From Felis catus (taxonomy: Eukaryota), in the NCBI RefSeq assembly GCF_018350175.1, contig NC_058368.1:111726001-111790000 (forward strand): a DNA stretch of 64,000 bases, in the 5' to 3' direction. Shown here piece after piece: positions 36,882 to 47,322 of this stretch; position 1 is the first letter of the stretch; each line of letters begins with the position of its first letter. The notes beneath the pieces are model-generated. The model worked only from the letters and a program-made list of their open reading frames with translations. It ran no database searches and was not told where the DNA came from. The translations under genes and the position numbers were made by a program.

Positions 36882-37093
36882 TTAAAAAAATTTTTTTTAA
36901 TGTTTATTTTGAGAGAGAGAAAGAGAATGAGCAAGTGGGGAGTGGCAGAGAGAGAGGGAGACACAGAATCCGAAGCAACTCCAGGCTCTGAGCTGTCAGG
37001 ACAGAGCAGACTTGGGGCTTGAACTCAGGAACTGTGAGATCACGACCTGAGCTGAAGTTGGAAGCTCAACTGACTGAGCCATCCAGGTGCCCC
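36882..37093 (-). mobile_element. Can-SINE nested in L1
   Basis: Antisense body; TSD CTATAAAGAAATATCT (36866-36881) / CTATAATGAAAGATCT (37094-37109). Confidence 0.95.
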
Positions 37094-37494
37094 CTATAAT
37101 GAAAGATCTAAATGGAGAAGCTAGAAATGAAAAATACGTTGCAAAATTCTGTTGATGGACTTATCAGGAGATTGGAAACAGCAGAAGGAAGTATCAGTAA
37201 ACCTAAACGCAGGTCAATAGCAATGATCTAAATTGAAACAAGAAGATAATAAAAGAGAGAAAACATGAAGCAGAGCACCTGAGGTCTATGGGAGTCTGCC
37301 AAAAGGTCTAATCTGTGTGGAATTGAAGTCCTAGAAAAGTTGAGAGAGAAAGGGCAGAGAAATGAAAAAAAAAATCACAGCTGCAAGACTTCTAGAGAAC
37401 CTCAAGCAGGGTCATAGTCACATTGCTAAAAGCAAAGGACAAAGAAAATTGAAAGCAGTCATAAAAGAAAAATCTCATATAGAAGAAAAATGTT

Positions 37495-37636
37495 TAATTT
37501 CTTTTTTTTAAATTTTTAACTAGGCTCCATGTCCAGTGAGGAGCCCAGTGCAGGACTTGAACTCATGACCCAGAGAGCAAGACCTCAGCTGAGATCAAGA
37601 GTTAGACACTTAACTGATGGAACCACCCAAGCACTC
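37495..37636 (-). mobile_element. Short, older Can-SINE nested in L1
   Basis: GGACTTGAACTCATGACC...GCTGAGATCAAGAGTTAGACACTTAAC...CCACCCAAGCACTCC; TSD TAGAAGAAAAATGTT / TAGAAGAGCAATGTT. Confidence 0.85.
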
Positions 37637-37654
37637 CTAGAAGAGCAATGTTAA

Positions 37655-37868
37655 GAGCAGCTGAACATCCAATTCTTGATTTCAGCTCAGGTTGTGATCC
37701 CAAAGTTGTGGGATCGAGACCCCCATCAAGCTCCGTGCTGGGCATGGAGCCTGCTTAGGATTCTCTGTTGCTCTCTCTCTTTATCTTTTTCTCTCTCTCC
37801 TCCTCTCCCCACCCCTTCTGCCTTCTCTTCTGCTTGCACTTTGTCTCTAAGGAAAAAGAAAAAAAAAG
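37655..37868 (+). mobile_element. 5'-truncated Can-SINE nested in L1
   Basis: TCTTGATTTCAGCTCAGGTTGTGATC...GAGCCTGCTTAGGATTCTCT, CT tract, A tail. Confidence 0.88.
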
Positions 37869-38084
37869 AATGACATTTGACTTCTCATCAGAAATAATAG
37901 AGATCAGAAGACATTAATGTCATCTCTACAACGTTGCAAGGGAAAGCAAAAACTCTTGCCAATCTAGAATTCTATATCCTGTGAAAATATACTTCATAAA
38001 TGAAGATGAAATATAGACATTTCATGATTGAACAAATCAGTTTCCAGGGGAGAAGAAAATGTTAAAAGGAGTTCTATAGATTGA

Positions 38085-38212
38085 GTCTCTGTCTCTCTCT
38101 CCCTCTCTCTCCCTCTCTCTCGCCCTCCCTATCCCCCTCTCCCTCTCCCTCTCTCTCTGTCCCCCTCCTCCACTTGTTCACTCTCAAAATAAATAAAAAT
38201 AAACATTAAAAA
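38085..38212 (+). mobile_element. Can-SINE 3' fragment
   Basis: Long CT tract followed by CTCTCAAAATAAATAAAAATAAACATTAAAA. Confidence 0.75.
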
Positions 38213-39176
38213 GTACTTTTAAGTCTCTAAAAATAATTGGTCATTTAAAGTAAAACTAGTAACAGGAACATGGGGATTTATAGTCTTTTAGAGCTAAAAC
38301 CTGTGGCAACAGGAACACAGTGGGAAGGTTGTAATCGGAAATATATTGTCATTAAGTTCTTACATTGTTCATGAAGTAATGTTTTTTGAAAGTTAACTGT
38401 GACGAATTAAAGATAAGCCTCTAATCTCCAGAAAATGCCTTGAAAATAAAATATAAGTAGGCATGCCTAAAATGTTAATAGAGGAGTTGAAATGAAATAC
38501 AAAAATACTTGTTTCATCCCCCAAATTCAGGATAGGAATAACAGAAAAAGGTCATAAAGGAAAAATAACGAACCCAAATTTGGTATATTTAAAATAAAAA
38601 TATATAAGTAATTGATTTTAATGTAAATGGATTAACTTTCCCAATTAAAAGGCCCAGAGATTGTCATACTGGATTAAAGTATATGGAGTATATGGAGCCA
38701 TATGTGGTTTATAGAAAGTACAACATAAGCATAAAGTCGTGATCAGGTTGAAAGTAACAAGTTGGGAAAAGGTACCATGTAAACACTATGCATAGGAAAG
38801 CAGGTGGTGCTATACTAAATTCATAATGACTAGGCTTCAAGATGATTAAAAAGATGAAAGGGGAGTTTTCTAATGCCATTAAGGGTTAATTAACCAAAAG
38901 ATGTCAAAATATATTTGTATCTAATAACAAAACTCCAAAATACATGAAGCAAAAATTGACAGAATTAAAGCTGAATCCTATCTGAAGAATTTAAGCCTTT
39001 CTCTCAGTAATCAACAGGTTGAAAGATTAATGAGTATCTGGAAGATTGAACAACACTGCCAATGACCTGATGTAATTGACATTTATAAAACACTCTACCC
39101 AACAGAAGCAAAATTAAACAACACACAACGAAATAACCCATGAGCCAAAGAAATCATGAGATAAACCAGAATATAT

Positions 39177-39177
39177 T

Positions 39178-39232
<55 letters not shown>

Positions 39233-39438
39233 TGGTAACATTTTTTTTTTATTTTTGAGAGATAGAGGCAGAGTATGAGCAGGGGAGGGGCAGAGAGAGA
39301 GGGAGACACAGAATTTGAAGCAGGCTCCAGGCTTTGAGCTGTCAGCACAGAGCCTGATGCGGGTCCCAAACTCCCAAACCGCAAGATCATGACCTGAGCC
39401 GAAGTTGGACGCTCAACTGACTGAGCACCCAGGCATCC
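39177..39438 (-). mobile_element. Can-SINE with (TTTA)n tail
   Basis: (TTTA)n at ~39177-39232, then antisense SINE body to GCACCCAGGCATCC. Confidence 0.93.
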
Positions 39439-39576
39439 AAAAATTTATTTTAAATGTAAAGATAATGAAAAGATCACATCAAAAATTTTGAGTGCACAAA
39501 TCTTAAAGGGACATGTAAAGCTTCACGTGCTTATGTCAGAAAATAGGAAAGGCACAAAATCAGTGATCTTTGTTTG

Positions 39577-39686
39577 TAGCAGGCTCTGTGCTGTTGGTGC
39601 AGAGCCCGACTCAATTACTGTGTGATAATGACCGGAGTCAAAATCAAGAGTCAGATGCTCAACCAACTGATCCACCCAGGTCCCCC
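39577..39686 (-). mobile_element. Can-SINE 5' half
   Basis: GCAGGCTCTGTGCTG...AAAATCAAGAGTCAGATGCTCAACCAACTGATCCACCCAGG. Confidence 0.82.
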
Positions 39687-39837
39687 TGTTTCCATCTTAA
39701 AAAGCTAAAAGAGATGAGCTGATTAAACCTCAATAAGAGTGGAAATCATTGAAATAGAAAACAAAGAATAGAGCATATCAGCAGAAACTGAAGTTGGCTT
39801 GTTGAAATGATTAATAAAATTGATAAACACCTAGGAA

Positions 39838-41098
39838 AAGTTATTGTTTAATGGATAGAGAGTTTTAGTTTTGCAAGATAAAAAGTTCTGAAGATAGGTT
39901 ACACAAAGATGTGAATACACTTTTTTTTTTCCAAATTTTTATTTAAGTCCTAGTTAGTTACTATAGAATGTAATATTGGTTTCATTAGTAGAATTTAGTG
40001 ATTCATCACTTACACATAACACGCAGTACTGAACACAAGTGCCCTCCTTAATGCCCATCACTCAGTTGGCCCATCCCCACCTACTTCTACAACATCAACC
40101 CCTAGTTTGTTCTCTATAGTTAAGAGTCTTTTATGGTTTGCCTCCCTTTCTTTTTTTCCCTTTTGCCTATGTTCATCTGTTTTGTTTCTTAAATTCCACT
40201 TATGAGTGAAATCATATGGTACTTGTCTTTCTCTGACTTATTTCGTTTAGCATAATATACTCTAGCTGCAGCCACACTATTGCAAATGGCAAAATTTCCT
40301 TCTTTTTGATGGCCGAGTAATATTCCAGTGTGTGTGTGTGTGTACATCCATCCATCCATCCATACATACATACATACATATATACATATCACATCATCTT
40401 TATCCATTCATAATTTGATGAACATTTGGGCTCTTTCCATAGTTTGGCTATTATTGATAATGCTGCTATATCATCAGGGTGCATGTGCTCCTTCCAATCA
40501 GTATTTTTTAATCCTTTGGGTAAATACCTAGTAGTGCAGTTGCTGGGTCATAGGGTAGCTCTATTTTTAACTGTTTGAGGAACCTCCATACTGTTTTCCA
40601 GAGTGGGTGCACCATTTTTCATTCCCACCAACAGTGTAAGAGAGGGTTGCCCTTTCTCCACATCCTTGCCAACATTTTGTTTCCTGTGTTGTTTATTTTA
40701 GCTATTCTGACAGCGTGAGGTGGTATCTCATTGTGGTTTTGATTTGTATTTCCTTAATGATGAGTGATGTGGAGCATCTTTTCATGTGTCTGTTGGCCAT
40801 CTGGATATTTTATTGGGAAAAATACCTATTCATGTCTTCTGCCCATTTCTTAACGGGATTATTTGGTTTTTGAGTGTTGAGGTTGATCAATTTTTTGTAC
40901 ATTTTGGATACTAACCTTTTATCAGATATGTAATTTGCAAATATCCTCTTCCATTTTGTCCTTTTAGTTTTTTTGGTTGTTTCCTTTACTGTACAGAAGC
41001 TTTTTATGATATGAATACACTTAACACTATTGAACCGTAGACTTAGAAATGGTTATGAAGGTAAATTTTATCTATTTTTTTAACCACAGTAAATAATT
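39838..41098 (+). mobile_element. Short L1MB-like 3' end inserted in the host L1 ORF2, itself split by an antisense L1
   Basis: GTTATTGTTTAATGGATAGAGAGTTTTAGTTTTGCAAGATAAAAAGTTCTG...GATGTGAATACACTT | AACACTATTGAACCGTAGACTTAGAAATGGTTATGAAGGTAAATTTTAT; host ORF2 is continuous across it. Confidence 0.75.
39923..41007 (-). mobile_element. 5'-truncated carnivore-type L1 (~1.1 kb)
   Basis: Poly(T), antisense 3'UTR and ORF2 C-terminus (GAGGAACCTCCATACTGTTTTCCAGAGTGG, GGTATCTCATTGTGGTTTTGATTTG); TSD GATGTGAATACACTT (39908-39922) / GATATGAATACACTT (41008-41022). Confidence 0.92.
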
Positions 41099-42020
41099 AT
41101 AAAAAGGAAAAAGAAGACACAAATTACTAATAATAGGAATAAGAGAGAGGACATCATTAAAGATATTAAAAGGATAATGAAGTGATGTTACAAACAACTT
41201 TATGCCAGTAAATTCAGTGCCTCGGATGAAAGGGACAAATGACATGAAAAACATAACTTAAAAAACCAAAAGAAGAAGAAATAGAAAAATTTAAACCTAT
41301 ATTCATGAAAGAAATTGAGTTTGTTATTGAACAGTTTCCCACATACAAAACTACAGGCCCAGAGAGTTTTTCTGGTGAATTCTTTTGCATATTTAAGGAA
41401 AAAGATAATACCTATTCTACACAAACTTTTTCAGAAAATAGAGGATTATGGAACACTTCTCTACTTTTTATAGATACAGCATTACTTTGATACCAAAACC
41501 AGGTGAGGATATTATAAGAAAAAATTACAGATCAAAATTCCTCATTAACATGGGTATAAAACCCTTAAGAAAACATTAGCAAATAAAATCAATAATACAT
41601 AGAAGAGGGTAGAGTTTATTCTAGGAATGATATAATATCTAAAAACCAGGCAGTATAATTGGTCAATCTGTATTCACTGATATAATTAAGGGAAGAAATA
41701 TATTTCTACAGGTGAAGAAAAAACATCTATTCACCTATTCAGCATCTATTCATGATAAAAACTCAGTAAACCAGCAACAGACGGCAGCTTTCTCAGCCTC
41801 ACAGGTATCATCTACTAGAAATCTATAGCTAACATGCTTATTGGTGACTAAATGCTTTCCTCCAGAGACTAAAGACAAAACAGGAGGTCACTCTCAAAAC
41901 TTTAATTCGGCTTTTTACTAGAAGTCTTAGGTAAGGCAATAATATTAGAAAATGAAATGAAGCGTATATAGATTGGAAAAGGAGAAGTAAAGTTGTCTTT
42001 GCTTATATGTGACATGATTT

Positions 42021-44004
42021 TGTTTTTCTTTTCTGGAATATGTGTGTGTGTGTGTATATATATATATACACACACACACACACATACATATATATGTATA
42101 AATACACACACATATGTATACATATATATATATACACACACATACACATATACATATATATGTATATATATTCATATTCAGGAATAGATTTTAGTGATTC
42201 ATCACTTACATATAACATCCAGTGCTCATCCCAACCATTGTCCTCCTTAATGCCCTTGTCCCTTTAACCCTTCCCCCCACCAAACACCCTGCCAGCAAGC
42301 CTCAGTTTGTTCTCTGTGTTTCAGAGTCTCTTATGGTTTGTCTCCCTCTCTGTTTTTATATTTTTTTGCTTCCTTTCCCCCGTGTTCATCTGTTTTGTAT
42401 CTTAAATTACATATATGAATGAAATCATATATTTATCTTTCTCTGACTTATTTCACTTAGCATAATACACTCGGGTTCCATCCACATTGTTGCAGATGGC
42501 CAGATTTCATTCTTTTTGATCGCTGAGTAATATTCCATAAGACACATCTTCTTTATCCATTCATCCATCAATAGACATTTGGGCTCTTTCCATACTTCGA
42601 CCACTGTTGATAGTGCTGCTATAAACATTGGGGTGATATGTCCCTTCAAATCACAGACACATTTTTGTATCCTTTGGATGAATACCTAGTAGTACAATTG
42701 CTGCGTTGTAGGGTAGCTCTATTTTTAATTTTTTGAGGAACTTCCATACTATTTTCCAAAGTGGCTGCACCAGTTTGCATTCCCATCAACAGTGCAAAAG
42801 GGTTCCCCTTTCTCCACATCCTCGCCCACATGTGTCATTGCCTGAGTTATTCATTTTAGCCATTCTGATAGGTGTGGGGTGGTATCTCATCATAGTTTTG
42901 ATTTGTATTTCCCTGATGATGAGTGATGTTGAGCATTTTTTCATGTTTCGGTTGGCCATCTGGATGTCTTCTTTGGAGAAGTGTCTATTCATGTCTTTTG
43001 CCCATTTCTTCACTGGATTATTTGTTTTTGGGGTGTTGAGTTTGATAAGTTCTTTATAGATTTTGGATACTAACCCTTTATCTGATATGTCATTTGCAAT
43101 ATCTTCTCCCATGCTATCGGTTGCCTTTTAGTTTTGCTGATTGATTCCTTCGCTCTGCAGAAGCTTTTTATTTTGCTGAGGTCTCAATAGTTCATTTTTG
43201 CTTTTGTTTCCCTTGCCTCCAGAGACATGTCAAATAAGAAGTTGCTGCGACTGAGGACAAAGAGTTTGTTGCCTGTTTTCTCCTCTAGGATTTTGATGGC
43301 TTCCTCTCTTAGGTTTAGGTCTTTCGTCCATTTTGAGTTTATTTTTGTGTATGGTGTAAGAAAGTTGTCCAAGCTCATTCTTCTGCATGTCGCTGTCCAG
43401 TTTTCCCAACACTGTTTGCTGAAGTGACTGTCTTTTTGCCATTGGATATTCTTTCCTGCTTTGTCAAAGATGAGTTGGCCATAGATTTGTGAGTTGATTT
43501 CTGCATTCCCTATTCTGTTCCATTGATCGGAGTGTCTGTTTTTGTGCCAGTATCATACTGTCTTGATGATTACAGCTTTATAGTATAGCTTGAATTCTGG
43601 AATTGTGATGTCTCCAGCTTTGGTTTTCTTTTTCAGGATTGCTTTGGCTGTTTAGGGTCTTTTCTGATTCCATACAAATTTTAGGATTGTTTGTTCTAGC
43701 TCTGTGAAGAATGCTGGTGTTATTTTGATAGGGATTTCATTGAAGATGTAGATTGCTTTGGGTAGTATTGACATTTTATTTGTTATTCTAATCCATGAGC
43801 ATGGCATGGTTTTCCATTTTTTGGTATGTGTCATCTTCAATTTCTTTCATAAGCTTTCTATAATTTTCAGTCTATAGATTTTTCATCTATTTGGTTAAGT
43901 TTATTCATAGGTATTTTAGGAGTTTTGGTGCAATTGTGAATGGGATCAATTCCTTGATTCCTCTTTCTGCGGCTTCATTATTGGTGTATAGAAATGTAAC
44001 CAAT
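42021..44004 (-). mobile_element. 5'-truncated carnivore-type L1 (~2 kb) with ORF2 remnants
   Basis: ORF fragments such as [17 protein letters not shown]...[20 protein letters not shown] (42786-43112) and LTPYTKINSKW (43184-43378); exact 15-bp TSD TATGTGACATGATTT at 42006-42020 and 44005-44019. Confidence 0.95.
42038..42170. repeat. Mixed (TG)/(TA)/(CA) microsatellite in L1 tail
   Basis: Alternating purine-pyrimidine runs read directly. Confidence 0.9.
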
Positions 44005-44146
44005 TATGTGACATGATTTAGTACAAAAACTCTTAAGAGATATTTAAAAATGAATACAACTAATAATTTATTGTGTGATGTTGGAGGATATAACAAAGTT
44101 ATGATTCCATATCCTGGCAATGAACAATTAACGATGACACATTAAA

Positions 44147-44351
44147 AATTTTTTTAAGTTTATTTATTTTGAGAGAGAGAGGGTACAAGTGGGTTAGGAG
44201 CAGAGAGAGAGGGAGAGAGAGAATCTCAAGCAGGCTCTGCACTCTCAGCACGGAACCTGATGCGGGGCTTGAACTCAGAAACTGTGAGATCATGATCTGA
44301 GCCATAAATCAAGAGTCAGAGGCTTAACTGACTGAGCCATGCAGGTACCCC
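44147..44351 (-). mobile_element. Can-SINE nested in L1
   Basis: Antisense body; TSD core AACGATGACA at 44130-44139 and 44352-44361. Confidence 0.93.
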
Positions 44352-45641
44352 AACGATGACAATTTTAAAATACTACTTATTAAAGCATAAAAAATTAAAT
44401 ACTTAGGGCTAAATTTAATGAAGCGTGCTTAAGATAGAAAGTATAAAATTTTTCTGACAGAAATTGAAGAATAGCTAAATAATGAAGAGACGAACCATGT
44501 TATAGGTTGGAAGACTCGATATTATTAAAATGTCAGCTTTCCCAAATTGATCAGTTTCAACTGAAAGCCTGGCAGACTTTATCTTTGAAAAAATGGTCTT
44601 AAAATTGATAGGGAAACCAAGGGGCCTAGAATAACTAAAACAATATTGGAAAAATAGAGTAAATTTGGAATACTTATCTTACCTTATGACAAGACGGACT
44701 CCTATAGCTACAGTAATCAAGACAGTGTGGTAGTGATGAAAGGATGGACAAATAGAGAAATGGATCAGTACAGAGTCTATATATAGATCCACAGATAGAT
44801 GGCCCAGTGAATTTTGGTCCAAGAATGTCAAGGAAATTCAATCAGGAAAGAAAATCTCTCCACTAAACGGTATGGAAACAATTGGATATCCAGTAGAAAA
44901 AAAAGAATCTTGGCTTCTACCTCTAAGTATATATAAAAATTGATTCAATATGGGTCATTGACCTAAACGTAAAAGCTAAAGCAATAAAATTACTAGAAAA
45001 AACTTAGAATATTTTTGCAACCTTGGGCTACACAGGGAAAGATTCCTTGGAGAGGTCACAGAAAGGGTGGTCCATAAAAACAAAACTTGATAAATGGATT
45101 ATATGAAAATTAAAAATCTGTGCTTATCAAAAGACACGTTAAGAAAATGAATAGGTTAACACATATGTTAACTTATCGGTAACCTATAAGTCTGACAAAA
45201 GAGATCCAGAATATACAAAAACTCCTACAATTCAGTAATACTAAAACAATCCAATTAGAAATGAGCAAAAACAATTTGAATAGAAACTTTTCCTTAAAGA
45301 AGATACACAAATAGCCAGTAACACATGAAAAACATTTGACATCATTAGGCATCAGGGAAATGCAAATTAAAAGCACAGTGAGTTATCCACTGGAGTTACC
45401 CACCAGAAGGGTTAAAGTGAAAACAGGCGACCGAGTGAAGTGTGGGAGGGGTGTGGAGGTCCTGGAACTCTCGGGCATTGCTGGTAAGTCTGTGAAATGG
45501 TATAAGCACTTTGGAAAACTGGTACTTCCTTAAAAAGCTAAAAATACATTTACCCTATGACTCCCCAATACCACTCTTAGGTGTTTACCTGGGAGAAACG
45601 AAAATGTATTTTCGTATAAGTTCTTGTATCAAAATGTTCAC

Positions 45642-45844
45642 AGGCATCTGGGTGGCTCTGTTGGTTAAGTGTTCAGCTCTTGATTTCGGCTCAGGTCATG
45701 ATCTCACGGTTTTATGAGATTGAGCCCTGCATTGGGGTCTTTGCTGACGGTGTGGAGCCTGCTTGGGATTCTCTCTCTCACTCTCTCTGCACATCCCCCA
45801 CTTGTGCTCTGTCTTTCTCAAAATAAATACACTTTAAAAAAAAA
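45642..45844 (+). mobile_element. Can-SINE nested in L1 3' region
   Basis: GGCATCTGGGTGGCTCTGTTGGTTAAG head; TSD core AATGTTCA on both sides. Confidence 0.93.
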
Positions 45845-46439
45845 GAATGTTCATAGCAGCCTTATTCATAAAATTCTGAAACTGGAAAACAGCCCTGGTG
45901 TCCATCAGTGAAGACTGAATGGAAAAACACACAGAGGTGTAGTCGCATAACAGAAAACTGAGCCACAGAAGGGAATGGACTGCGCTAACATGGGCAATAT
46001 CATGGATGAATGTCAAAAATATGATGAGTGAATGAAGGTACAAAAATGTGCATGTTATGTTGTGGTGCATTTATGAGAAACTCTAGAATAGGAAAAGCTA
46101 ACTTATGGCGATAGGAATCAAATTAGTGGTGGATTCTGGGGGTGGAAAATTGAGAAGAGGTGTGGGGAAATTTTGGGGTGAGAGAAATGTTCTGTCTTTA
46201 TATATATTCATCAAAACTGATTGAAAAGAACACTTAAGACCTAAGCATTTCACTTTTTGTAAATTATACCCCAGTTTTCAAAACGTGGGCTAAAAAATCA
46301 TTTTCTTACGTTGAACTTTAAATTATAGTTAACAGATTTGAAGGAACGATATTTAAAACAACCCATTGATATAACCATTACATTATGGTGGGGAAATGCT
46401 CTGCTAGGACTATCAGAAACCTGATTTAAAATATTTAAT

Positions 46440-46637
46440 GGGGTGCCCGGGTGGCTCAGTTGGTTAAGCGTTGACTTTTGATTGCCGCTCAGGTCATGAT
46501 CTTACAGTTTGTGGGACTGAGTCCTACAGAGGGCTCTGTGCTGAGTGCAGAGCCTGCTTGGGATTCCCTCTCTCTGCCCCTCCCCCACGCTCGCTTTCTT
46601 GCTCACTTTCTCAAAGTAAATAAATAAGCTTAAAAAA
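46440..46637 (+). mobile_element. Can-SINE
   Basis: GGGGTGCCCGGGTGGCTCAGTTGGTTAAGCG head; ATATTTAA on both flanks. Confidence 0.93.
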
Positions 46638-47244
46638 CATATATTTAACGAGAGCTACATACTGTCATTATCAAACCCAGATCTAACCATTCAGCATAAA
46701 CTTCGGGGGGAGGCAAGGAGGCAGGTAAGAGGCGGCCCCTGCCTGCCTTTTGGTGAAAGCACAGCGTCCGCTGATAGGAGCTTCAGTGGTATCTGTTAAT
46801 CACCTGTTTCTGAATCTGGAGTTTAGGAAATTCTCTTCACCACATTTCAAAAGCTAGGGAGTCATCTCGGTTATCTTTTGGAGGAACCCTGTTTATCCCC
46901 CTCTCCCTGTCCATGACATCAAAGACTTGGTTTTGTTGCAAAACTGTCTGGCCCAATGGCGTCAGGCTGGCTCTCCTTGGGAAGAGTTTCGAAAACAGGG
47001 ATGACTCAGAGCTCCTCTGAGGAGCCTTTGTCCCTCCTCTTTTCCTCCACATGCTTTAGACCAGGGTGGCCGGGGGGACCTGGTTCCCATGGGAATGAGG
47101 ACCAGCAGCTTTGCTGATATGGAAGTGGGGCTCTGCGAAGATTTGGAGCTAAGCCCTCCCTTCTCCCTGTGGGGAAAAAAACCCCTCAACCCAGGCTGGG
47201 GAAGGGAGGGTTTATTTGCTCACTCGCCTTTTTTTCCCCCCTAG

Positions 47245-47322
47245 GTCGTTGTTATCGGTCATAGTTTTCATTGACTACGGAGTCAAACTGTATTCCTTTC
47301 CTGAACTGACAGAGCATGACTG
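47245..47322 (+). other. Candidate 78-nt internal exon
   Basis: CTCAC + polypyrimidine CCTTTTTTTCCCCCCTAG acceptor and CTG|GTAAGG donor; length is a multiple of 3; lies in repeat-free sequence. Confidence 0.35.

Larger units (their letters stand above)
35420..46283 (+). mobile_element. Ancient near-full-length L1 (L1ME-like), heavily interrupted
   Basis: Collinear 5'UTR-like region (~35.4-36.6 kb), A-rich ORF1 remnants (CAATCTAGAATTCTATATCCTGTGAAAATATACTTC), ORF2 EN start (AATGTAAATGGATTAAC...CCAATTAAAAGG, ~38621), RT motif IGKGEVKLSLLICDMI at 41972-42019, ORF2 C-terminal remnants (ORF 45336-45533), L1ME-type 3' end (CATCAAAACTGATTGAA...GTAAATTATACCCC). Confidence 0.8.

Noticed and set aside
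42425..43840. L1 ORF2-like peptides as an active gene
   Set aside because: 5'-truncated and broken into short frames by stops and frameshifts
42021..44004. Twin-priming inversion of a single L1
   Set aside because: The inner copy has its own tail and exact TSD, and is far less decayed than the host, so it is an independent insertion
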